Assembly (NCBI GenBank): GCA_965224085.1
Contig: CBDCYI010000011.1
Span: 544,001-608,000 of the forward strand
Direction: 5' to 3'
Length of the DNA: 64,000 nucleotides
DNA from: Candidatus Marinacidobacterales bacterium
GTDB lineage: Bacteria > Acidobacteriota > Vicinamibacteria > Marinacidobacterales > SMYC01
The position numbers and the translations under genes were made by a program. The notes below the pieces were generated by a model. It was not told the DNA's origin. It saw only the letters and a program-made list of their open reading frames with translations, and made no database searches. Positions within the stretch are counted from its first letter, which is position 1. Every line of letters begins with the position of its first letter. Below, piece by piece: positions 8,997 through 18,925 of this stretch.

Positions 8997-10529
8997 ATGA
9001 ATGGCAAAGGAGCCCGGTACCGTTTTCTTAACATGTTCCTGGTGCTGCTTCTCGGCGTCGCATTCCAGGCGCAGGCCGAGCAAGCATCCGACCAGGCCAC
9101 GGCGATCGTCGGAGCTACCGTAATAGATGGCAACGGCGGACCGCCCATGGCGGACGCGACCGTCGTCGTGGTCGGCAAACGCATCACCGCCGTCGGCCCG
9201 CGGGCCTCGGTCGACGTCCCGGCGGGCGCCAGAACCATCGACGGCGCAGGAAAGTTCGTCACCCCCGGCTTCGTGGATACCAACGTGCATATCTCCCTCT
9301 ATGGAGGTGGGCGCAAAGAACGGAAGGAAACTTCGGTCTACTACAGAGAGGCCAGTGCCGATCTGACGCTGGAAAGCGCCCAGATGCAGTTGAAATATGG
9401 GATCACCACCTTGCGCGACAGCTACGGGGCATTACTTCCACTGATAGAGGTCCGGGACGCCATTGCTCGCGGGGATGAGATCGGTCCCCGCATGCTGGTG
9501 GCCGGGAATATCGTCGGTTGGGGCGGCCCCTATTCGATTACCTTTGCCCTGATTCGCGAAAATAACTTGTCGCTTTATGAGGAGCAATTCACTGACTTCA
9601 TCGCTCAAGGGTCGGGCGAAGAGCTCATGGACATGTATCCGGAGGAGCTCCGTCGAGCAATCAACAAATACCTCGACAAGGGTCCAGACTTCATCAAGTA
9701 TGGTGGGACCAGCCATTGGGCCATTCCGACACTCATCGGGTTTTCGCCCGCTGCTCAACAGGTGATCGTGGAGGAAACGCACAAGCGAGGGTTGGTGGCC
9801 GAGACCCACGCAACCAACCCGGAAGGACTCCGACTATCGATAGAGGCAGGAATCGATCTCATTCAGCATCCTGAGGTCCTCGCAAATCGGGAGCTTTCCG
9901 ACGACCTTGTCCGTGAGATCCGTGAGCGGAAGATCATCTGCTCGATGCTGGTCAACTCTTTTACCGGCGCGGCGTGGAAGAAACATCTGAAGGAGAAGGA
10001 CGCGGCGAAGAAGAGACTGGCCGAGGCTGAGGAGGAGGCGGCGCAGGAGGGGCTGAAGAGATCTATCAAGAGGAAAAAGACGTCCGCCGAGCGACGCCGC
10101 GAGCAGCGTGAGCTCGGGCTTGGCACCGAGATGCGCCGCCGTAACGCCACGAAGTTGATCGAGGGCGGCTGCATCGTGACCCTCGGTACCGATAATTTCG
10201 CAGGCTCAGCGCCTGAGTTCGCTCGGACACCGAAGCGCATATCGTCGGAGCCGGGCATCGGAACCATCATCGCCATCGAGGGTTTGGTCGAGCTTGGCAT
10301 GACCCCCTCCGAGGCGATCGTTGCAGCGACGAAGAACGGCGCTATGGCCTGCAAGGCTCTCGATGAGTTCGGCACCGTGGAGGCGGGCAAGATCGCCGAC
10401 CTGCTGGTCCTGGATGCCGATCCCCTTGCCAGCATCTCCAACATCCGCAAGCTCGGCACTTTGATGCGGGAAGGCCAGATCATCGACCGCCACAAGCTGC
10501 CAACGAAACCGATTTTCTACAAGCGCTAG
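8997..10529 (+). CDS. Exported amidohydrolase, NxH variant, subfamily C (AH3)
   Basis: Signal peptide, PGFVDTNVH, FIKYGGTSH, AETH, IQHP, GTDN, GKIADLLVLDADP. Confidence 0.93.
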   Translation: MNGKGARYRFLNMFLVLLLGVAFQAQAEQASDQATAIVGATVIDGNGGPPMADATVVVVGKRITAVGPRASVDVPAGARTIDGAGKFVTPGFVDTNVHISLYGGGRKERKETSVYYREASADLTLESAQMQLKYGITTLRDSYGALLPLIEVRDAIARGDEIGPRMLVAGNIVGWGGPYSITFALIRENNLSLYEEQFTDFIAQGSGEELMDMYPEELRRAINKYLDKGPDFIKYGGTSHWAIPTLIGFSPAAQQVIVEETHKRGLVAETHATNPEGLRLSIEAGIDLIQHPEVLANRELSDDLVREIRERKIICSMLVNSFTGAAWKKHLKEKDAAKKRLAEAEEEAAQEGLKRSIKRKKTSAERRREQRELGLGTEMRRRNATKLIEGGCIVTLGTDNFAGSAPEFARTPKRISSEPGIGTIIAIEGLVELGMTPSEAIVAATKNGAMACKALDEFGTVEAGKIADLLVLDADPLASISNIRKLGTLMREGQIIDRHKLPTKPIFYKR

Positions 10530-10583
10530 GCGAATCTGGATCGTCGATCCTGGCTTTTTGTCCAGGGAAAACAGGAGGAATCA

Positions 10584-12041
10584 GTGATAGTGATGAGGAG
10601 TAGAGTCTCTCTTTTCGTGCTCTTCCTTTGTTGTTTTCTTGTGCCGAATCCCATTGTCTCGGCGCAAGACACCCTTGCCATCGTCGGCGCCACGCTCATC
10701 GATGGCACCGGTGCTGAGCCGGTCCCTGATAGCGCCCTCCTCATCGAGGGCAGCCGAATCGTTGCAGTCGGGCCCCGCTCCGAGGTGACGATCCCGGCGG
10801 CCACTCGCGTCGTGGACGCCGCCGGCCAGTACATCACCCCGGGCCTGATCGACGTCAACATCCACCTGATTCTTTTCATCGTCCCGGAGTTTTACGTCAA
10901 GTACGAGGAGCAGCTGGAGGAGATCATCATCCAGTCGGCCCAGATCGCCCTCAAGTACGGGGTCACCACGGTGCGGGACTCCTGGGGTCCAATAGAGCCG
11001 CTGCTGCGGGCCAGGGATCGGGTCAACCGGGGCGAGCGGGTGGGAGCCCGCATGCTGGTGGCGGGCAACATCGTCGGTCTGGGGGGACCGTTCAGCGAAT
11101 ACTTCCTGGGCGAGCGGGGGGCGGCGATCTCGCCCCTGGTGCAGGAGCGGATCAACGCCATCTGGGAGGAGAACGTCGGTCCCGAGCTGGCGGGGATGCG
11201 TCCTGAGGAGGTGCGTCAGGAGATGCGCACGTACCTGGCCCGGGGGGTGGATTTCGTGAAGGTGGCGATCTCGGCCCACGGGGTCCGTGGGGAGCCGCTG
11301 ATGTTCTCTCCCGAGGTGCTGAAGGTGATCGCCGATGAGGTGCACGCCGCGGGAAAGATCTACGAGACCCACACCGCCACCCCCGAGAGCCTGAGGCTGG
11401 CGGTGGAGTCCGGTGTCGACCTCCTCCAGCACCCGGAGGTCCTGGGTGACCAGGTGATCTCGGACGAGCTGATCGAGCTGATCAAGGAGAAGAACATCTT
11501 CTGCGGGATTCTGACCCGGTTCAGCTTCCCGGAGAGAGCCGAAGAAGAGCGCTCGAAATACCCGGAATGGTACGCGAGCACCAGCTTCTACAGGCGGGAT
11601 CAGTTCGAGGCGCGGGTGAAGAATGTTCGCAAGATGATCGCCGCCGGGGTCCGGCTGGCCATGGCCACCGACATGGGCCCTCAGTCCTGGGATCTGGCCT
11701 ACCGACCCATGTCGCCGATGCTCGGGACGATGCAGTTCGAGACGATGGAAGATTACCAGACTGCAGGGGCAAGCCCGATGGACATCCTGGTTGCCTCGAC
11801 AAAGACTGGAGCCGAGGCGTCCCAGATGGAGGAGGATCTCGGCACGCTTGCGGTCGGCAAGATCGCCGACCTGCTGGTGGTGAATGCCAACCCGCTGGAG
11901 GACATCTCCAACATGCGAAAGATCGATGAAGTCATGAAAGACGGAAAATTCATCGATCGCGACGCGCTGCCCGAGAAGGAAATCATGAAGTTCGACCCCG
12001 CGATGAAGTTCGGCGATTACCTGAAAAAAACCAAGAGATGA
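10584..12041 (+). CDS. Exported amidohydrolase, NxH variant, subfamily B (AH4)
   Basis: Signal peptide, PGLIDVNIH, VKVAISAHG, YETH, LQHP, ATDMG. Confidence 0.93.
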   Translation: MIVMRSRVSLFVLFLCCFLVPNPIVSAQDTLAIVGATLIDGTGAEPVPDSALLIEGSRIVAVGPRSEVTIPAATRVVDAAGQYITPGLIDVNIHLILFIVPEFYVKYEEQLEEIIIQSAQIALKYGVTTVRDSWGPIEPLLRARDRVNRGERVGARMLVAGNIVGLGGPFSEYFLGERGAAISPLVQERINAIWEENVGPELAGMRPEEVRQEMRTYLARGVDFVKVAISAHGVRGEPLMFSPEVLKVIADEVHAAGKIYETHTATPESLRLAVESGVDLLQHPEVLGDQVISDELIELIKEKNIFCGILTRFSFPERAEEERSKYPEWYASTSFYRRDQFEARVKNVRKMIAAGVRLAMATDMGPQSWDLAYRPMSPMLGTMQFETMEDYQTAGASPMDILVASTKTGAEASQMEEDLGTLAVGKIADLLVVNANPLEDISNMRKIDEVMKDGKFIDRDALPEKEIMKFDPAMKFGDYLKKTKR

Positions 12042-12064
12042 GAGCTCTGAAGAAAGGAAGCGGG

Positions 12065-13007
12065 ATGATCGTACAGGGTTTGCGCAACCGTAGCCTAACT
12101 ATCTCTCCCGCCATCCTGCTTGCGGTGCTGCTGATTCTTGTCGCGTCCTCCGCCAACGCGGCTCAGGTGATCGCGGTCGTGGGGGCCACCGTGATCGATG
12201 GGAACGGCGGGCCACCCATGGCAGAGGCCACCGTCGTCGTGGTGGACAAACGCATTTCCGCCGTCGGCCCGCGGGCTTTGGTGGAAGTTCCTGCAGGCGC
12301 CAGAATCATCGATGGTACCGGGAAGTTCGTCACCCCAGGATTCGTGGACACCAACGTCCACATTTCCCTCTACGGGGGAGGGAGGAAGGAGCGCAAGGAA
12401 ACTTCGATCAAGTACCGCGGCCGTGCGGCAGAACTGACGCTGGAAAGCGCCCAGATGCATCTGAAGTACGGGGTAACCACTGTGCGCGACAGTTACGGGG
12501 CCCTCATTCCGTTGATGGAGGTTCGGGACGCCATCGCTCGGGGGGATGAGATCGGTCGAGCGCCGTCGAGAGCTCACGGCCCTTGGAAGAGGCGGGCTCG
12601 GCCTCGAAATGCGCCGCCGCAACGCCGAGAAGCTGATCGAGGGCGGCTGTATCACGACCCTGGGTACCGACAACTCCGCAGGCTCAGCGCCCGAGTTCGC
12701 CCGGCGCCCGAAGTCCATATCGCAGGAGCCGGGGGTCGGAACCATCATTGCGATTGAGGGGTTGGTCGAGCTCGGAATGACCCCATCCGAGGCGATCGTT
12801 TCCGCCACGAAGAACGGCGCTACGGCATGCAAGGCCCTCGATGAGTTCGGCACCGTGGAGGCAGGCAAAATCGCCGACCTTCTGGTCTTGGATGCCGACC
12901 CGCTGGCCGACATCTCGAACATCCGCAGGCTCGGAGTTGTCATGCGGGAGGGGCAAATCATTGATCACGACACGCTGCCGACAAATCCTATCTTCTACAA
13001 ACGCTAA
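12065..13007 (+). pseudogene. Subfamily C amidohydrolase (AH5) with a ~600-nt internal deletion and frameshift at ~12556
   Basis: The N-half (DTNVH...GDEIG) is joined out of frame to ERRRE...GTDN...IFYKR. The segment equivalent to ~9487-10087 of AH3 is absent. Confidence 0.85.
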
Positions 13008-13055
13008 GAAGGTTCAAAAGTTAGAAAGCTGGAAACTCTGAAGAAAGGAAGCGCC

Positions 13056-14591
13056 ATGATCGTACAGGGTGTACGCAACCGTATCCTGACTTTCTCTCCC
13101 GCCATCCTGCTTGGTGTGCTGCTGATTCTTATCGCGTCCTCCGCAAACGCGGGTCAGGCGGAGCAGGTAATCGCGATCGCCGGGGCCACTGTGATCGATG
13201 GGAACGGCGGGCCCCCCGTCGCGGACCGGACGATCCTGGTGAGGGGCAATCGCATCGCAGAGATGGGCCCTCGGGATTCGATACAGGTCCCGGCGGGTGC
13301 CCGGGTCATCGACGGCAACGGCAAGTTCGTGACACCCGGGTTCATCGACACCAACGTCCACATGTCCCTGGCCTTCGGCCGTCGATGGAACGACAGCAAC
13401 GCCCGCTACTGGGACCGGCACTCCGACCTGGTCCTCGAGGGGGTACAGCTCCACCTGAAGCATGGGGTCACCACGATTCGGGACAGCTACGGCGCCCTGC
13501 TTCCCATGATCGAGGTGCGTGATGCGATCGCCCGGGGCGACGAGGTGGGCCCCCGCATGTACGTGGCCGGCAACATCGTGGGCTGGGGAGGCCCCTACTC
13601 CGAGACCTTCTCCCGCCTCTCCGAATCGGAGCTCACTCTCTTCGAGGAGCAGATCAACGACGCCATCACGCAGGGAAGCGGAGAAGAGTGGACTCACATG
13701 GCGCCGGACGAGCTCCGGGTGGCGATCAACGACTACCTCGACAAGGATCCAGACTTCATCAAGTACGGCGGTACATCTCACTCTCTCTATCCGGGCCTGA
13801 TTGGGTTCTCCCCGCGGGCACAGAAAGTTATTGTGGAGGAGACACAAAAGCGGGGCCTGGTGGCAGAAACGCACTCCACGACCCTGGAAGGGCTTCGACT
13901 TTCCGTTCTCGCCGGCCTCGATCTGATTCAGCATCCCGAAGCGGTCGGGCGCAGGGAGATCACCGACGAGCTCATCAACCTCATCGTGGAGCGGCAGGTC
14001 ATCTGCTCGATCATCTCGAATGCGTACAGCGGGGAGGCATGGAAGTGGCACCGAAAGCAGAGGGAGAAGGCGTTGCAAGAGCAGGCGGAGGCGAGTCAAG
14101 AACCCGAGCGCCGGGCGCCGAAGACGTCGGCCGAGATCCGGCGTGAAAAGGAGGCGGCGGGGATCGGGATGGAGCTACGCCGGCGAAACGCAGAGAAACT
14201 CATCAGCGCCGGGTGCATTGTCACGGTGGGCACCGACAACCTTCTGTTCGGCTACCGTGGAGTCGCGCCCGAATTCCTTCGGGAGAAACACGCGATATCT
14301 GAACATCAGGAACCCGGGATTGGGACCATCCTTGGAATCGAGGGGCTGGTCGAGCTCGGCATGACGCCCTCGGAGGCGATTGTGGCCGCAACGAAGAATG
14401 GGGCCCTTGCCTGCAAGGCCCTGGATGAGTTCGGCACGGTGGAGAAAGGCAAGATCGCCGACCTTCTTTTGCTGGATGCCAATCCTCTGGCCGACATCTC
14501 GAACATCCGCAAGCTCGGGGTCGTCATGCGGGGGGGGCAAATCATTGATCGTGACAAACTGGCGACGAAATCCGTCTTACACAAGCGATAG
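13056..14591 (+). CDS. Exported amidohydrolase, NxH variant, subfamily C (AH6)
   Basis: DTNVH, KYGGTSH, AETH, IQHP, GTDN; signal peptide. Confidence 0.93.
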   Translation: MIVQGVRNRILTFSPAILLGVLLILIASSANAGQAEQVIAIAGATVIDGNGGPPVADRTILVRGNRIAEMGPRDSIQVPAGARVIDGNGKFVTPGFIDTNVHMSLAFGRRWNDSNARYWDRHSDLVLEGVQLHLKHGVTTIRDSYGALLPMIEVRDAIARGDEVGPRMYVAGNIVGWGGPYSETFSRLSESELTLFEEQINDAITQGSGEEWTHMAPDELRVAINDYLDKDPDFIKYGGTSHSLYPGLIGFSPRAQKVIVEETQKRGLVAETHSTTLEGLRLSVLAGLDLIQHPEAVGRREITDELINLIVERQVICSIISNAYSGEAWKWHRKQREKALQEQAEASQEPERRAPKTSAEIRREKEAAGIGMELRRRNAEKLISAGCIVTVGTDNLLFGYRGVAPEFLREKHAISEHQEPGIGTILGIEGLVELGMTPSEAIVAATKNGALACKALDEFGTVEKGKIADLLLLDANPLADISNIRKLGVVMRGGQIIDRDKLATKSVLHKR

Positions 14592-14651
14592 GCCAAGCCG
14601 TTCGCCGCGCGCCGCGTCATCATCTCGTCCGACGCGCTCGAGGCGATCCAA

Positions 14652-15135
14652 ATGGCCAAAAACCGCGGGATTCAACTCGAGAGGCTCCCTGCTTCTTGGC
14701 GCAACGTTGCTGATCGTCCTGTCCGGTACGGGGGCTGACAGCGCCCCGATAGAACAGGACGATGCTGGTATCCTTCAGAAGCTTCTCGAGGAGCGCACGG
14801 CTGCCGTGGTGGCGAGAGATCTCGCTGGAGTGGAGCGACTCTACGCCAATGATGAAACGCTCACCGTCTTTCGACCCGGCGCGGCTTTCCGAGGCTGGAC
14901 AGCCTACAAGGCGTACTGGGCGGAGGCATTACCCGGCGTACCCGACGGCTTTCAGATCGACTGGCACGACGATGTGGTCGTTCATGTGAGCGGAGATCAG
15001 ATCGTCGGAAGCCTGACCTGGAGTACGGCCGGAGGCGGCAGCACGCCCCAGGAAGGGCGTATCACGATCGTCGTCGAGAAAAGAGGCGAACGCTACGTCA
15101 TCATCCACGAGCATCTGTCGACCACGCAAAGGTAG
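14652..15135 (+). CDS. Exported NTF2/SnoaL-like (DUF4440-type) protein; apparent +1 frameshift in an A5 run just after the start
   Basis: AAVVARDLAGVERLYA, RGWTAYKAYW and GRITIVVEKRGERYVIIHEHLS fit the NTF2 pattern. Removing one A joins ATG 14652 to a signal peptide (MAKTAGFNSRGSLLLGATLLIVLS). Confidence 0.75.
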
Positions 15136-15188
15136 CTCGTAAAACTCTGATGCTGCACGCGGTCGCGATTCCGGCCTGGGGGAGAACG

Positions 15189-17435
15189 ATGTTTGCAAAT
15201 CGTGCATTCCAAAAAACCTTTATCGTGGCTCTTGGCGCGGTGCTCCTTGTTCTGCACCTGTGGCGGCCAGCCATCCCGGCAGCCGTAGCGCAATCCCGGC
15301 TGTCCCTGGAGAACCTCTGGACGCTACGCGGCCTGTCGAAACCACATTGGTCGCCCGACGGAACGTGGATCGCTTTCACCTTGAGTGAGCCCGCGTTCAA
15401 CTCGAGCATCATCATGGTCACCGACCTGGAGGGAAACGTTCGCCGGCTAACGGACCCGACGGTACGTGCAGACGCCGAAGCTAATTGGCAGTTCGGATTC
15501 TCGGCGGGGCTTTTACCGGAGCCGTGGACGCCGGACGGTCGCAGGCTGCTCTACCTGAGCCGAGGAAATATCTACGCCGTTGAAGTACAGAGCGGGAAGA
15601 TCGAGCCCGTCGTGCAATTCGGCGGTGCGGCGATGGGTTACACACCACAGGTCTACGACAACGGGCCGGATCCGGTTCTCTCTCCCGATGGGACGCGGCT
15701 AGCCTACGTTCGAGAAAGCGAGTTGTGGGTACTGGACACGAAACAGGGCCGGTTGACCCAACTCACTTCTTCCCATCCTGAAGGTTGGCATAACCTGCAA
15801 CCCCGCTGGTCACCCGAAGGTACCCACGTCCTGTATACCAGCCAGGCAACGGAGGAGCAGCGGCCTTTCCCCTTTCCTGACTTCTCGGGCACCGTCATCC
15901 AAATGAAGACCGGGTTGATCGGGCTGGGACGGGTGCGCGTCGGAGTTGCTCCAGCGGAGGGCGGCAAGACAACCTGGCTGGGGTCGCCCGAGGGAACGAG
16001 ATACTCGCTGCGAGGTGGGAGCCAGGCCTCATGGTCTCCCGATGGAAAGCGCATTGCCATCAACCGGATCTCGCTGGACCACACGGCACGAGAGATCATC
16101 ATCGCATCACCGGAAACCGGCGCGACCGACACCATCTGGAAGGAGGAGGTCGAGCACTGGATCTCGCCAATGACTATTTGGCTTCGCTGGTCGCCGGACG
16201 CAAGCCAGCTGCTCTTCACCTCCGAGCAGGACGGTTGGAACCACGTATACGTCATTTCGGCGAGCGGCGGCCAGCCCCGGCAGCTTACCCAGGGCAGCTT
16301 CACGGTGACCAGCCAGCGTGTCTATGACAACTACGAGACGACACCGGCCTGGTCGCCGGATGGTGCGACCATCCACTTCCCGTCGAACCAGGCCGGAACG
16401 CCGGAGCGTCATCTATATTCGCTGCCCGCAACGGGCGGCGCGTGGCAGAAGGTCACGCCCCTGCCTGGGGTCAACCTGTCCTCCACCCTTTCGCCCGATG
16501 GGACGCACGTCGCCTATCTCCACAGCGATCCGTCCAATCTGCCTGAGCTGTACGTACAGGAGATCGGCGCCGGCAGCCCAAAAAAGCTCACTAACCTGGC
16601 GGTGCCCGAGTCGCTGAACGGCTACCGCTGGAACACGCCTGAAATCGTGACGTACCCGAACACCAACGACGGGGCGCAGATCCGTGCCCGCCTCCATGTG
16701 CCCCAGGGTCTTGACCGTTCCCGCAAGCATCCTGCCGTGATCTTCGTTCACGGCGCTGGCTATTCCCAGAGTGTATTCCGCGGTTGGGTCAGCCTGGCTC
16801 GCAATGCCTTCAACCACTTTCTGGCCCAGGAAGGCTACGTGGTGCTCGATGTCGACTTCCGCGGCAGCGCGGGCTATGGCCGCAAGTTCCGGTTGGACGT
16901 GTTCGACCGGCTCGGCGACATCGACCGTGACGACGCGGTGAGTGGCGTCGAGTATCTGAAGAATCTCGGCTACGTCGATCCGGACAGGATCGGCATTTGG
17001 GGGCATAGCTACGGTGGATTCATGGTCTCGAGCGCGATGTTCCGATCACCCGAGACATTCGCAGCGGGTGCCGCCGGCGCTCCGGTGACCGACTGGGAAA
17101 GGTTTTTTTACCTGGCTCCCGGATACAACGAAGAACATCTGGGCTTCCCCTGGGAAAATCCAGAAGGCACTCGCCGTGCTTCGCCGCTCACCTACGCGGA
17201 GAACCTGGAGCGTCCTTTCCTTGTTCTGAGTGGCATGCAGGACTCCATGCACCTTGATTCCGCTGCGCTGGTCAACAAACTCCTCGAGCACCGCAAATCC
17301 TTCGAGTGGCTCTTCTACCCCAACGAACCGCACGGCATGCGGCAACCGCAGGCACGCGAAGATTACTATCGGCGCATTTTTGCGTTCTTTGGACGCCACT
17401 TGAAGCACCCGGTGCAGCCAACGTCTGAGAACTGA
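15189..17435 (+). CDS. S9 family peptidase (DPP IV-like), exported
   Basis: Signal peptide, PD40 blades, HGAGY, DFRGSAGYG, WGHSYGG, EPHG. Confidence 0.92.
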   Translation: MFANRAFQKTFIVALGAVLLVLHLWRPAIPAAVAQSRLSLENLWTLRGLSKPHWSPDGTWIAFTLSEPAFNSSIIMVTDLEGNVRRLTDPTVRADAEANWQFGFSAGLLPEPWTPDGRRLLYLSRGNIYAVEVQSGKIEPVVQFGGAAMGYTPQVYDNGPDPVLSPDGTRLAYVRESELWVLDTKQGRLTQLTSSHPEGWHNLQPRWSPEGTHVLYTSQATEEQRPFPFPDFSGTVIQMKTGLIGLGRVRVGVAPAEGGKTTWLGSPEGTRYSLRGGSQASWSPDGKRIAINRISLDHTAREIIIASPETGATDTIWKEEVEHWISPMTIWLRWSPDASQLLFTSEQDGWNHVYVISASGGQPRQLTQGSFTVTSQRVYDNYETTPAWSPDGATIHFPSNQAGTPERHLYSLPATGGAWQKVTPLPGVNLSSTLSPDGTHVAYLHSDPSNLPELYVQEIGAGSPKKLTNLAVPESLNGYRWNTPEIVTYPNTNDGAQIRARLHVPQGLDRSRKHPAVIFVHGAGYSQSVFRGWVSLARNAFNHFLAQEGYVVLDVDFRGSAGYGRKFRLDVFDRLGDIDRDDAVSGVEYLKNLGYVDPDRIGIWGHSYGGFMVSSAMFRSPETFAAGAAGAPVTDWERFFYLAPGYNEEHLGFPWENPEGTRRASPLTYAENLERPFLVLSGMQDSMHLDSAALVNKLLEHRKSFEWLFYPNEPHGMRQPQAREDYYRRIFAFFGRHLKHPVQPTSEN

Positions 17436-17448
17436 CGGTCGAGCCCCG

Positions 17449-18840
17449 ATGCTCTCGGCTGTAGCCTTCCTCTTTTCGGTGCTCCTCTGCCCCCTGGTTG
17501 GGGTCGGTGCACAGCCACAGCTCCGGCTGGAAGAGAACCGGAATGAGGCACGGCGGCGTTGGGAGAGGATGAGTCAGATCCGTCGCGACAAATTCGATCA
17601 CGTCCTCCCCGAGGCGATGCGAGACAACGGTATCGACATGTGGATCACCGTCATGAAGGAGGGCTACAGCGATCCCCTCTACGAGGACCTGGGCAGAGGC
17701 TCCGCCGGCTACCTCGGCCTTTTCGGCTACTACGTCTTCACCGACCGGGGCGAGGATCGCATCGAGCGGGCAACCCTCGGCATCGGCGGCAAGCTGCTGG
17801 CACGAAGCGGCGCCTACGATCTCATGGAAGCGGACTTCGACCTCAGGGCGTTCGTCGCCGAGCGTGACCCACAGCGTATCGGCGTGAACATGTCGAAGTC
17901 GATCGGCGCCGCCGACGGGCTGTCGTACACCGCTTACCAGCACCTGGTCTCGACGCTGGGCGAGCCGTACGCCTCGCGATTGGTTTCCGCAGAGAAGCTG
18001 ATTTCTGATTTTCGCTCGCGCCGAGTCGCCACCGAGATCGTCGCCTTCGGTGAAGCGGGAGAGCTCTCCCGCCACATCGTTGAGAGGGCTCTTTCCAACG
18101 AAATCATCACACCGGGGGTAACCACGCTCGAGGATGTTGCCTGGTGGATGCAAGAGCAGTTGTTGGCGCGCGGCCTCGAGTCATCCTTTGGTCTGCCTTC
18201 GGTCTACATCATCGGACCCGAAGGGATTGAGGCGATGTCTACCGACCGCGTCATCCTGGGTGGCGACCTCCTGACGATCGATTTCGGCGTCGGCTTGATG
18301 AACTTTCGCACCGACATCAAACGCATTGCATACGTACTCGAAGAAGGCGAAACGACGGTGCCACCGGGCATCCAGAACGCCTTCGACCAGGCCCTGAAGG
18401 CGCGCGAGATCCTCCGACGCCATATCTCCGTAGCCCGAAGCGGCGGCGCGACGCTGGAGCTCTTGAATCGCAAGCTCGAGGAGGCCGGATTCATCGCTAT
18501 CGAGGGAAGAGAAGCCCAGCTCGCCTTACTGAGAACCTTCCACCTGCAGGACGACAATGACGAGACCGAGGTCCTCATCGTGTCTCATTCCATCGGTAAC
18601 CTTGGCCACGGTGTCGGCCCGTCGATCGCCTCGTTTAATCCGCGGCGCCTGCAGTTCGAGATCCAACCCACCAACCTCTTCTCCATCGAGCTGTTTGCCT
18701 GGACACCCGCGCCCGAATGGGACCGGAAGAAGGTGCATATCCATCTCGAGGACTCCGCTGTCGTAACCGAGCGGGGCATCGAGTGGCTCTATCCGGTCAA
18801 CAAGCGGATCCTGCTCATCACTTCTTCACGGAACCCCTGA
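17449..18840 (+). CDS. M24 family metallopeptidase (Xaa-Pro aminopeptidase-like), exported
   Basis: IDFG...RTDIKR, HSIGNLGHG, FSIE and HLED pita-bread ligands; signal peptide. Confidence 0.87.
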   Translation: MLSAVAFLFSVLLCPLVGVGAQPQLRLEENRNEARRRWERMSQIRRDKFDHVLPEAMRDNGIDMWITVMKEGYSDPLYEDLGRGSAGYLGLFGYYVFTDRGEDRIERATLGIGGKLLARSGAYDLMEADFDLRAFVAERDPQRIGVNMSKSIGAADGLSYTAYQHLVSTLGEPYASRLVSAEKLISDFRSRRVATEIVAFGEAGELSRHIVERALSNEIITPGVTTLEDVAWWMQEQLLARGLESSFGLPSVYIIGPEGIEAMSTDRVILGGDLLTIDFGVGLMNFRTDIKRIAYVLEEGETTVPPGIQNAFDQALKAREILRRHISVARSGGATLELLNRKLEEAGFIAIEGREAQLALLRTFHLQDDNDETEVLIVSHSIGNLGHGVGPSIASFNPRRLQFEIQPTNLFSIELFAWTPAPEWDRKKVHIHLEDSAVVTERGIEWLYPVNKRILLITSSRNP

Positions 18841-18888
18841 ACCCGACTTCAGGTCGAACTGATTGATGGAGGTCTCAGGAAGCTTGTC

Positions 18889-18925
18889 GCGTCGAGATTG
18901 AGATGGACGCGAGCGGTTGCCTCAT
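18889..18925 (-). pseudogene. 37-nt stub of the 5' end of an AH11-type gene
   Basis: ATGAGGCAACCGCTCGCGTCCATCTCAATCTCGACGC versus the AH11 start ATGAGGCAAGCGATCGCGTCCATCTCAATCTCGACGC. ATGA-coupled to the AH7 stop. Confidence 0.75.
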
